Assembly: GCA_973895155.1 (NCBI GenBank)
Contig: OZ316893.1
Span: 1,178,860-1,242,859 of the forward strand
Reading direction: 5' to 3'
Origin: Marsupella aquatica
Taxonomy: Eukaryota > Plantae > Marchantiophyta
DNA length: 64,000 nucleotides
A program made the position numbers and the translations under genes. This document shows positions 12,101 through 23,845 of the stretch, one piece after another (position 1 is the first letter of the stretch; each line of letters starts with the position of its first letter). A model generated the notes under the pieces. The model did no database searches. It was not told the DNA's origin and saw only the letters and a list, made by a program, of their open reading frames with translations.

Positions 12101-13550
12101 GACAGCATTGTTGTGTAACCCTTCTTCTGCTTAGTTCTATTTGTTTTTACACTCGGATACCTTCCAACTGCGAAAGCTCCCCTGGCTTTCAATAATGCGC
12201 CTCTCTCGTGTGGAACTTCCAGGGACATCAAGTGTGCCAACATATTGGTTGACAAAGATGGCCAAGTAAAGCTTGCTGACTTCGGTTTGGCGAAGGAGGT
12301 ATGAATCTAACGCCTATTTTACGTTGTGATTAAATGTACCTCAAGGTTTCTAAATAGTTTACAGAGCGAGGCTTCTCAAACCACATGAACCTTGTATGAT
12401 TAGCACACATACCTTATGTGCAGGGTTAGCATGCAGGGATATTGATTTCTCCAGAGCTGATAGCTTTTTAGGCCAGGTTTAGGCTGTTGTAGTATCCCTT
12501 GCGTTCGTAGCTCACTTTGTTTCCATTGATGCAGGTTGGCATATCACTCGCCACTTCTTGTAAAGGAACCCCATACTTCATGGCTCCGGAGGTTGGTATA
12601 CTTGTTCTGTAAAACCTTGCAAGCAGTGCTCAAGAATGACTCATAACGTTGTTGTAAAAGTTATAGCACTTTTTTAGTTGTGGTAAATACTTGTAATAGG
12701 CACAGGCTTCTGCATTTGTTGCAAGATAAGTTGTCAATGGAGTGCGTTTGCGCACCTCTTTCAAATGAAGGCATATATCAGAAGTTGGAAAGCCATGTTG
12801 AAGCAATGTGTGCAATCCAGCCACTGTCTTTATTCCGAGTTTTGCTGGGTATGGTATATAGGGCTCACAACTGTTGACTAAAGGAGAGTTAAAAAAGTTC
12901 TCGTTACTCTGCCTCAAATTAGTGTTGTAAATCTTTGTGGATTCTTTGGCCATTAACTGGAACCGTTTTACAGATTCTCAAACCTCACTCTGCCACCAAA
13001 CGAGGTTATGGCCTTCCGGTAGACATTTGGAGCCTTGGGTGTACAGTCCTTGAGATGGCAGATGGACAGCCACCGTGGAGCTTTCTGAAAGGGGTGAGTC
13101 TTCTCCTCCGGTCAAAAATAGTAGTCGGTAGTAAGCAGGAGTGGGGTAATATTCTCTTCATGGCCAGGGGATAATGTAGCATACAAAAGGGTTACTCAGC
13201 TTCAATTTGAGCTGGAACAGTTGAGAAACCAGCGTCAGTGGGTCTTCAGTGGAAGATTATGAATTCTTTCATGGCTATATTATTACATCGCTGATCATAA
13301 CCTTTGTTGGCATGTTGTTGGGTTTGGGCAGTTTTCCTTCTTTTTCAAGCTTAACAAAGGAGAACTACCTCCCATTCCGCAGCACCTGAGCCAATGTTGC
13401 CAAGATTTCATCAAACAGTGCTTGCAGTTTAGACCACAAGACAGGCCTACTGCATCACAATTACTTTTTCATCCATTTGTTGCAAACGCTCCTGCAACGG
13501 CTGCGGCAGCTGCATTTGTATCTCCTTCACCTGCAGCTATGTACATGTAA
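9138..13550 (+). CDS. MEKK-subfamily MAP kinase kinase kinase (MEKK1/YODA-like), 8 exons
   Basis: Exons 9138-10600, 10857-10923, 11102-11164, 11468-11625, 12223-12298, 12535-12591, 12974-13093, 13332-13550, all GT-AG and in frame. Ser/Pro-rich N-terminus, then [28 protein letters not shown], the MEKK signature GTPYFMAPE and [12 protein letters not shown]. 3' end may be extended (see findings). Confidence 0.92.
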
Positions 13551-13997
13551 TTTCTTTTCTTATGACCACAATTCATTGACCGACAAGACAATAAGAGAAG
13601 GGAGTTGCGTCTGATTCGTTTTTGTGTCATCTCATCAACGAGAAGTGAGTCTGTCTGTATCAGCGACTGCGATCGACGTTGGTCATGAAACCAATCTTAC
13701 CATGTCTATCACGAAACAGTGAGAATGCTGACAAAACAGAGTAGAGGTTCCTGCTGACGCCGAAACTATGAGCTATAGGCAATGTCTGAAGTGGGTGGAA
13801 GGTTGGCAAGTGCTATGCATTTTTCGATGATAGAGTTTCCGAATATATACGTTGATCGAAGTATGAGCGGTGAAATGTTTTCTCAAGGTGTGAACGGTGG
13901 TGTTTATTGTAGGAGAAGCGCGCTTGCTGAGGGGTATCAAGGCAGGTACGGAGAGGGCCACCAGAAGAGGAATGGGACAATTACTTCAGATCTGCAA

Positions 13998-14171
13998 AGG
14001 CCTGATTCACCACATCGCAGACACGATTTGCAACATCACAGACCGGATTCGCAACATCATAGACCAGATTCGCCACATCACTGGCCGGATTCACAACATT
14101 ACAGGCCGGACTCACAACATCACAGGCCGGATTTGCAACATCAAAGACCTGATTTACAGCAAAATAGACCC
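13998..14171 (+). repeat. 21-bp tandem repeat (~8 units) inside ORF 13782-14333
   Basis: Consensus about AGRCCGGATTYRCAACATCAC; translates as RPD(S/L)QHH heptads. Followed by (GGCACR)n at ~14235-14275. Confidence 0.85.
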
Positions 14172-17100
14172 ACACTCCAGCGATGCCAGCGATTGGATAG
14201 ATCACTAAATAGGAGTTCCAGTAACCCGATTACGGGCACGGGCGCAGGCACGGGCACAGGCACAGGCACAGGCACATATGAACTCCCAGAGAGTCCACGC
14301 TCTGTATCATCTGAAGCAGCTTCCTGTAAGTAATTGCTACCTCCTACTTAACTGGAAAAGTGTCTGAAATATTGTCAGTGCTGTTGGAGAACTTAACACG
14401 ATTTAATCAAACTTTAAAGGATCAGTGACTGAAAGAATGATTTCTCGTAATAAATCAAGATGCTAACATGTTACAGGAGACGATAAAGTTTTCTATGTGA
14501 AATATTAAACTTTAATGTATCTCTAGCCTCTAAAACATTCAATAGGGAAATGATCTCCTAATACCCTTCTTCCTCATCTGAAATTTCGAATAATCCATGG
14601 TTGAGCCCTGCTGCTCAATAGAGGAGGACGTTTGAAGTGAGAATGAAGCATGGTTGAGATCTGGTTCGTCTCCCAAGCCACGATGAGCTGTCATTTATTG
14701 GATCAGAGAAGTCTTTGAGCTAATTATTTGGAACCACTATCCGGAAAGTTACAAAAAAGCCTGTTTGTCTGAAAGCAGAGGAAAATGTCCTGCATAATCC
14801 TGATCATTTGCTCTTCCATTGGACAGACTACATTGGACAAAATCACGGGTGGTAGTGCGAAAGCCAACTGACGCAGATTCACTTCTGCTCAAGGTATACT
14901 TATCAGTATGAAGTGGAGCTCCTGGGTAGTTCGGTTCCTTAGCTAGTTCCCAGGGTTCCTATCGAAAGAGGACGCACTAATAGTCAGTCATCAGTGTCAC
15001 TTGGTTTCATTTGTCTCAATGCGAAGTTTGGTATCAGACCCGATTCATTCAGTCCCTACACACACATCCAAGATTAGCGTGTACGGCTTCACGGGTCCCA
15101 TGCTTCTGATACGGTCGTAACTCAGTCATTGTTGTCGTTTATTGCAATCAGCTCTACCTGTCAGATGTTGGAACAAGGTCGGATCCCATGCCTTGGTGTC
15201 ATTGGTGTCATTTATTGCAATGAACTCAACCTTGTTGGATTGGCAGGTTCAAGTTCGACATCAATTCCCAAATTGATTATGTACAATCTCGGAACCCCGG
15301 AGCTTGGGAGGTAGCCCCATATTGTTAGTTCTTGGAATCTCGCACACTCAGAAGAATGAAATCAGTGGTAAATCATAGTAGGTCAACTACATATGCGATG
15401 AGACCTTGAGCAAGGATACCGTGTTGTCAACTTCTTCCACACATGGCCCTATCATTATTCCGATCTGTAACCTGGAATTATTCCAGCGGGTTCTTTGAGG
15501 AGTATCAACTTCAGAGATTAGTTCCCTGGGGCACAGTGCTTGCACACAGTGGCTTCGATGGAGTTATTCCATTTAGAGTTTTCTTCTCCCAAAATTGTAG
15601 GTTATGATCCATTATTCATGTCTTCTATCCTTTCCTTAAATTGAATTTGTAAAATATCGATGAAGCGTCTTGGAGGAGCAATTAAGATTACAGCTGTCAG
15701 TGGTACAGTTTTTCGTATTCTTTGTTACTTGATTTCAGAAACCCTGCATTTTGTATCATATTGATAGATTCAAGCGATGTGCTACAATTCTCACCAAGTG
15801 CTACTTTACCCTTAATATTAAGAGTCGCTGGCTACAAACATTGATTTTGCACTATAGTTGCGATGTGATGAATTTTGACGATGTTTACTATCGTCTGCTG
15901 TTGAACCTTGTCTGTACGGTCGCAGAGATGTATCTGTGGGATCTTGTAAATTCGATTCCCCTGTTGGATGTTTTCTTCGGATCTTTACAAGACGACAGTT
16001 GGAGGCTGTAGGAAGTGTCTGATACAGAACCTTCTCGTAGCTTCGTAAGATGTATAGGGAGTGGACTGAAGAGATTAGCACTACACAGGTTAATGATAAT
16101 TGCCAAGCAACATTTCGGACCTTGGGATGGTCACCCTCAGGCAAGAGGTAATCTTACTCTTTGTCGTACCAGTGCCGAATTTGGTTGTTTGACATTTAGC
16201 ACTGAAATACTTATGATTCGTTAGTTGTTGTCATTACAGAAATTGACATTTAGCAGCAAAGTACTCATGATTTACTATATGCTGTCAATATTGAAATGTT
16301 TATTATTTAATACATGTCACCATAACGAAAGGAAAATTAGACGTAGATTGGATTGGTTGTGAAGCCCGGATGGACTTGGGCATAAAGTCAAAAAAAGATC
16401 TGGATGGCACCTTTCACAGGTTTGATTCAAATGTGATCTGGAAAACGTTTCTTGATGTTTTTAGCCTGTTCTAATTCATTTACTTGGTGGCAAGCTGATG
16501 TTCATGCCCAAATTACTCAAGGTGTCGTTTGCAAAAGTAAGCATCCTACTAAAACTAGTCTCTTGATGTTTGTAGCCTCTTTTAGTTAATGTACTGGGTG
16601 AAACGCGGTTGTTTATGCCCCAGTTACTCAGGGTAACAGTTCACAAAAGTAAAGCGTCTTTTCCAGAACTGGTAATTAGTTGCCTAAAATTATTGAGGGC
16701 ATCTTTTGCAAAGTGAAACGCCTGTCGTCAGTTTGCTATAATATTTGACCACCTTTGTGCTCATCCAAAATGGAACAAACATCTTACAAAAGTCTCAAAT
16801 TAATTGGAGAACATATTGGCAGATTTTAAACTTAAACAGAGATTGAGAAATTGTCCAAGTAAATGGACATGTCTTTCAAAACCAGCACTTCATAGCTGAT
16901 TTGGGCGCCTGAAAAGACTACTTGAGCATTTTTTCCAAAAACATCATATCCTTTTGGTGAATCCAGGCACTCCATGGGGATGTGCAGGGACAACTTTTCA
17001 GTCCATACAGACTACTTGTCATTCTTGACATCATACACAATGGAATACTCCCAAAACTTATGTAAGTTACAACAGAGGAGAAGCCAGCTCTTGCAGCTGG

Positions 17101-17661
17101 ATGTCTCAATTTCACTTGCATTGGATTTGAACCAAAAATTTGCCTAGCGCCTAAACAAGATGTGAGTTCTAGGAGGCACAGCGGCAGTCAAGCTCAAAAT
17201 ACTCCCTACAAGTAAATGCCACAAGTAGAAGCCCAACTGCCAAGTGGTTTTAATTGGGCCAATAATTCATGCTGAGTGATCTTCATATGAGTGTTTGCTG
17301 GCACAGAGTGTCCAGGCTGTCAACCTTCAATTGACTGGCCCCTTGAGTTGGAGAGACTGGCCCCTTGAGTTGCAGAGATTGGGAGAGCTGGCTTGAATGC
17401 CAAAGGGGGCCAACTCTATCTTGAGCAAGATCTAAGCAAACTCTAGGCTGTAGGAACGCCTTGGCACTCCCTTCCATTGCGGTGAAGTCATACATGTACT
17501 TCGTGACCTTCCCACTCCCCTTTCCCACCCACATAGCTCTTCCCTTCTCTTTCTTTGACTTGCCATTCACCCAACGTCCATCTTCGCTCCCCACTTTCTT
17601 AGCTCTAGATTTTTTGTTCAAACTCTCCTTTTTGCCCATATTCTTTGGCAACCATCTTCCT

Positions 17662-17831
17662 TTAACCTCCACTGGCCATATATATAAAGGGAAGGATCCA
17701 AGATTTCTCCCTTTTTCACATTACACTTATTACTCTCCACTTTGCTCCACAATTTCAGGAAAAGTGTACTATTAGAGGTTAGAGGTGAAACCTGGTGGAT
17801 CCAGATTTTGTCATGACTAGTGGTGGTTTAA
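17662..17831. mobile_element. MITE family B, copy 1
   Basis: Ends TTAACCTCCACTGGCCAT / ATGACTAGTGGTGGTTTAA. Interior GCTCCACAAWTTCAGGAAA..GGTGAAA..TTTTGTCATG shared with 55831-55967 and, inverted, with 21247-21329. Confidence 0.65.
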
Positions 17832-18478
17832 ACCTCAACTGCCTCTATCTCATCTACCACTTACCTGTAGCTCTCATTGTCCGTACTATACACTCACACA
17901 CAATCATGTATATGAAATGTTTTCTGGCAATATGGGTCATTTTGCGGAATCTGCAACCCTCATTGTCATCTCATGTCTTCATCATAGGGGTCAGTCTATG
18001 GCTCAAAAATGTTGATAGACTAGCAAAGACAGCTTCCACAAATAGTTTACATTTTGCCCGAAATTTGATAAGAAAAGACACCATCTTTTATTGTCTGAAA
18101 ATGGTCGGGCACTCAGTGAGGTAGGGCATGAAGCAGAGTAGATTATCCTACACTTGCACTGTCCTGGATCGACCCACTCCACGATGGTGAATGGCAGAGA
18201 CATCGATATTATTATTGGGACGAGACTTCTCGAAGGCGATGAGTGTTACAGAACGGTGAGCAAGTTTCATTATGAATTTCTCTGAATATCTCTGAATTAC
18301 ATCTTCAACCCAATTGGGATGATACCACCAATCCTCACATCACATCAAGACATTCGCGTACTCTCAAAGGTGGGGGCCTCACCTGCACAAAAACCAGTTT
18401 CTAGGAGTCTTTGTGATCCCAAAGTTTACTCCGGAATTGACTGCAATGTCAACATTAGCACACCGGCCTCGGGGTGCG

Positions 18479-20829
18479 TCATTCAGGTGTGATTTCCAGA
18501 TCGTCTCTGGAATCGAATGATGGAGGCGGTTCAGGGCCAAACGTATCCCATGGTGATTCGAGGAAGAAAAAGGTGCGCTTCCTGTTCCTCAGAACCGGCA
18601 CCTGCATAATTCTGAAGTATGTTATGCGTTATCCAAAACGCACTTTCATTATCCGACCTCAAATGAACATGAAAAGCAGACACTTGAAGTTCAAGAAGAG
18701 GACTAACACAGTCTAAAGAGCTATGGGATTTTATACAGTTGATCCTGACCTCTACAACTTCGTCATAGCGGCAAGTAGACCAACAATCACAGCTTTGTAA
18801 AGAGGCATGGTAGGGATCCTCAGCTACGACTACAACCCACTAAGGCTCGAATCATGCTTAGTGCACTCATTGAGAAACAGCTGCCTTGTGACTATAAACC
18901 CCCATCCTGGACAAACGAGACTAAAGTAAATACTAGATGCGATTCTCCAACCATCTGGTTAAGATTTGTTCCCTTTTCTTTGACCAGAGCTGAGGATAAG
19001 AAAATGGATAAGAAAATGGAATCAGTTGTAGTGTTCTACACATCCAGAGTGTGGACAGCACTGGCAAAAGCAGTATTTGGGTTCGTTTTAAGGTTATAGT
19101 GGGGTTCATCCATCCAGTGCTAACACAATTTCACACATGAAAGGGATCATGAAAGACAATTTCACCTGCTCCCAGGTCAAGGACTCCCTGATTGCCTCCA
19201 GTCTCTTCCTATTTCGGTCCTTGTCGTCTGAATTTTTCGCTCGGGATGCGGACCTTAGAACGACAGTTGCATCCTCCTTCGGGTTGCTGAACAGGAATTC
19301 CACATCGTCCACGACTCCTTCTTTCGATGTGAAAACCGCATGGACATATCTATACAAATAGATTGCCCACCACATGCAATCACCGTTTCTTTCAGAACAA
19401 CATGAAACTTCTAATTGATTTTACACTCCTAAACAATCCTTCGGAAAAGAATGAAGGGCAGAGGACAGTGATTTTTGAAGAGACTTTATGATTCATATCC
19501 AACGCTTCGACGAAATGATAAATTACTTCACTCTCACATATGGACTACAGAATCGTTCGTCTTCCCTCACTCGCAAATTCCTCAAACCCGAAGGGAAATT
19601 CAGCTGAATGGAATAGGTGATTAAGTGCAGTACCTTTCTCCTTGTTCTTCAATTTGGGCACCAGAGCTCAATAGCACTTCCCTGAGTTTCTCAAGAGCAA
19701 ATGGAAGCTTGCCTGGAAATTCCCATGGTGCCACAAAGAACCTCGGTCTATGAAACAAATCATAGGAACGAAAATTACTCATATAACAAATGAGGTCGGT
19801 TCGGCAACCTTCAGCACACAGTGCTCCCCATCAAAGCACTACACTACATGTCTAGCTGGGTCGAACCAGGGAAATGGGAAATTGCCACGAGTTAAATTAG
19901 ACTTGCAGCCAGCCTTTCGGACTATGTCACCCAGGTCGTTCTTTGACGAGAATTGGATAATTGGTGAGCATTTTAATAGTTTACAGATTTGTTAGATGAG
20001 CATTCCATAATGAGATATGGAAGGATCTTCTTATGTTGCCTTTGAGATGAGTGAATTCCTTTAGAAGTGACTGTCAATTTTAAAACTGATCAGTAAACCC
20101 ATTTAGCATAGCAAAATGATGACTTCCAAAGTTGCTTGTTTGTTTCCCGTCTTGACTAAGTTCGAGCAGCTGCAGGACCAGACTCGGACTAGGCTCAATT
20201 TCAACAAACCTGTCATCAAAGGACGAAACACAATTCGCAGTGGCATTGCAGGAGCCTAGAGTCTCGTCCACAACTCCGATGCAGGTTGCACAAGTCCCCT
20301 TCGACGGCTCCAATTGCTCCAGCTGCGCCTTGTCCCAGGGAAAGGCAGCTGGAAGTTCGAATCCCACGGCAGCCATGGCCTCTGCGCTGACCGCTTCCTC
20401 TTGATGGAGAAGAAGGCTAAGAGACATAAAGAACATAGCGGCCATAGCCGTTCGTCTATAGGACCGTCCATTTTGAGCAAATTCGTCAGCTCTTTCACAG
20501 ACAAAATTAATCTTGTCGAGAACAACCCGTTCACAATCTTCTGTAAAGTGGCGGAATGACCTCTTCGCATCGTTCACTCGAGGGATTTCACATTTGAAGC
20601 TGGTTGATAATGATGATAATGATGATGATGATGGTTCGGACCCGGCAGCAACCACACCGAACGAGGAAGTCAGGAGGCGTCCAGAAGCAGGGTGGAACAG
20701 CAATCTTCGGCTGCGTCCTGCTGCAGCAATTGATGATGTGTATTCTCGTAGCGCTAATTTACAAATGCCTGCATGCTGCCGAAGTCCGAGAAGCCCGGGT
20801 GCATGAAGCTGCTGCAGCAGGGAGGCCAT
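18479..20829 (-). CDS. DUF1499 family protein, probably plastid-targeted, 4 exons
   Basis: Minus-strand exons 20829-20210, 19747-19634, 19349-19166, 18601-18479, GT-AG and in frame. Motifs LGSCNATANCVSS, VAPW, RYVHAVFTSKEGVVDDVEFLF, VVLRSASR, NRKRLEAIRESL. Long Ser/Arg/Ala-rich N-terminus. Confidence 0.88.
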
Positions 20830-21246
20830 TCTGAACAATGCGCTTTCACAACATGCAATGCAGGGTCAAATCATGAATCCGAGCTTGAAATTGCACAACA
20901 ATTGCAGAAGGGATCTTCTGAATGCGTCGATTGCAAGGACAACACATCCCAGCAACTAAATTCTCCCGTCTTAAAGCACAGGTTTCTCGATTCGAAAGAG
21001 AGTCTCAACCTTCCTTTGTTTTCTGGATATTGGCTGGCTATAGTACATTGCTCCCTTGATACATGAGGATCAAATTTTCCTTTACCTGCATTTCTTGAGC
21101 ACTTATTGAGCACTTGGACATAAATGTCATTTGCTCAGCAAGAACTTGGCAGCAATATAATGGCATTTGCTCAGCAAGATGGGCATGGATCAAGACAAGT
21201 GGACACCTGAAGGCAGAACTATTATAGCAAGAGCTGTTAATTTGTT

Positions 21247-21329
21247 TGAAGAGCCACTAGCCATGACAAAAACCTGGTTTCACCATTTTAGTACCTTTTT
21301 TTCTGAAATTGTGGCTAGCGGTGGTTTAA
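21247..21329. mobile_element. MITE family B, short inverted copy
   Basis: CCACTAGCCATGACAAAAACCTGGTTTCACC ... GTGGCTAGCGGTGGTTTAA. Confidence 0.55.
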
Positions 21330-21944
21330 TGTAAGAGCACTCCCACCAGTCCTCTAAACAGGCAGGCTAGGACTCTTTTGGTGTTTTGGAGCTAAAAATG
21401 TCTTCCCATGGACCTTGCTATCCCCAAATGCATACCCTGCCCTGCCTTTTTTGAGCCTGATATGCCACTCCTACATTCCAGAAGTGGGCGATAAGTAGTC
21501 GTGGAGTTGCCTGTCATCCCTATGCAAAAACTGAGATTTATTCTAGAGGATTTCAATAGACTCTCACAAGCAGCTAAGTGTCCCCAACTCCCATCATTGT
21601 CCAGTGCCACCACATTTCTAGCCGCCATAGTTCATGTTCATAGTTTACATATGTTCATAGTTTATGCACACATACATTATAACGATGGGCAAAAATGTTA
21701 GAACTATGGGCAAATAAAATTTTGTTTTGATTTGGGCATAGTTGTAGTAAACTTTTTGAATTCAACAGATTAAAAAAACTGAAATACTAGTGCCTACATG
21801 TAATAAGCTATTTTAAAATCTGACCAATATAATATTATAAGGGTTCTGGGATTTGCTAGAGTCTCACTCTTTTTCAGCATAATATATACCTTGTCACTGA
21901 ATTTTTTCTATTTATCACAATGCCAATGTTTTTGTTATGGGCTA

Positions 21945-23430
21945 AAGTGGTGGACCTCGCCACCCAGCGCCCTCATCAATCCCAGCACTTGCGCCTAAGT
22001 GCCCTTGGTGCTCGAACACCTCCACGGAATACCTCGAGCAAGCATTCAAGTGCCTCTTAAGCACCACCTGCGGCCCCTCCCATACGAAGCCGCACTTGCT
22101 CACCTACACGACCGCTACTCAACGGTCCTCACTGTCTGCACAAGCAACCAAGCACCTCGGTAAGTAACCCCTCCGGATCTAGAACTCACCAAGTCTAGCA
22201 TCCTAACTCAAACTCAAGAGACGTTGGTAAATAGGTCAGCGATAGGTCCTCCCGATGCCATAAGCCGGAACCAGAACCCACGTCCACTGTCCATCCAGGA
22301 CAGCTCCTTCCTTTGGCGCGGCCCGGGTTCCCCCTCGTACCTATCCATCACCAACTAACTGCCCTGACCTCAGGACATGCTCATGGCCCAAATAGCATAG
22401 CTTGTCCCAAGCTTGTCTCAACACGTCGGGACCAGAACGGCCCCGACTCTAACACCCACCCCCGGTTCATCCCACTGATGGTCTAGGGACCGAGCGCCCT
22501 TGGGACTCAGCCTCCATACCTACTCGGCCTTGCCTCCCCAACGCAAGCTCCCTTGGGAGGCTGAACGCGGCTTGGCTGCTGTTCGGCAAGATTTGGCAAG
22601 CGGGCGAGCTAACACCCGCAAACCATGAGAACCCATGGCACCCCCAGACCCATCTGAGCTCAGGAGGGCGTAGCTCTCCTCAAGAGCTTTCCAACGTGCA
22701 CCTAAGAAGTCCTCCAACGGACTTCCCGTTGGGAAGATATCGCCATTTCTGTTTGACGATTTCCCTTAGTGTCGCGATCGCCGCGGCTCACGACTTCGGC
22801 TCGGCCTTAGCCCCCAGGGAGACACCACTCCCCTCATATATGCTTCTGGAGACCTGCCACCCCCGGACCAACTTTGGTCCCTAAACATTGGGCCCCCAAC
22901 CCGGATCCCATCGCGCATAATGGGCGCGCCACCAACTGGCAACGCCCATAACTTTCTTGATAGGCATCCGCAAACGGAGTGCCTTAGCCCGTTGTGACTG
23001 GGCCGACCGCGTGCTCATGCCTATGCCCTCAGGTCTGATCGCCGCTCGGGGCCCTCGACCGGCCCAACCCGGATCGGGCCACAACTTGCGCCCCAAGCGT
23101 CCGTTGCCAATGGCATCAACTCCATTGGCCTTGGGCCCAAGAGGAGCTCACTCCCAAGCCCTCAAAACTCAAAGCCCCTCCGACGGTCCGAACGGCCATC
23201 CTTGAGCCCGACCCATTTCTCCTTGACCCTACCAGCCATAGACTAGTCCAAGTCCTTAGTGTGTGTCCCCAGCTTGGCCCCTTGCCTCGTTATTGCCACA
23301 TCTCATTGCCCACAAGTCTCCCCATGCTAAGCCCTCCCCGGATGGCCTATCCGGGCCTGGACCATAAGGGAGCTCGGCGTCGGAGTCAGCAACGCCGGAG
23401 CTAAGTGTTAAGGTAGTCGAGTTCCGCGAT
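21945..23430. other. GC-rich block, probably a decayed transposable element, unclassified
   Basis: Abrupt shift to high GC between AT-rich flanks; only short broken ORFs; no domain recognised. Confidence 0.3.
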
Positions 23431-23431
23431 T

Positions 23432-23677
23432 GCTAAGAAAATTAACTCAGGTTAGCTATTTCACATTCTATGGTTGTCACCCATTTTCCTGATTAGATGG
23501 CCCGAGTCTTCCTCAAGATGACTTTAACCACCCTTGGGTCTGTTGACCAAAGGGTGTGTCAGGTGGTCCAATCCTCCCATCCTCTTGAGGGAGACCAGAA
23601 CCATCCGATCACAGAACTAGGTGCAACGAGAGCCATTGGATGTGAGGGAGTTAACCCAGGTTAATTTCCTTAACCCA
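23432..23677. mobile_element. Putative MITE
   Basis: GCTAAGAAAATTAACTCAGGTTAGCT versus AGTTAACCCAGGTTAATTTCCTTAAC, about 20/26 inverted match. Confidence 0.45.
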
Positions 23678-23845
23678 CAAATGAAAACAATGGCATTATG
23701 ATAAATAGAGAACAATCAGTGGGGAGGTATGTATTATGCCAAAAAAGAGTGACAATCTAGTAAATCCTAATATAAAGATTATTGGGGGAGAGTGTTTTCA
23801 CATTGTTTTAGGGATAAATTTTACTCACTCAGAGTGATTCCCCAA

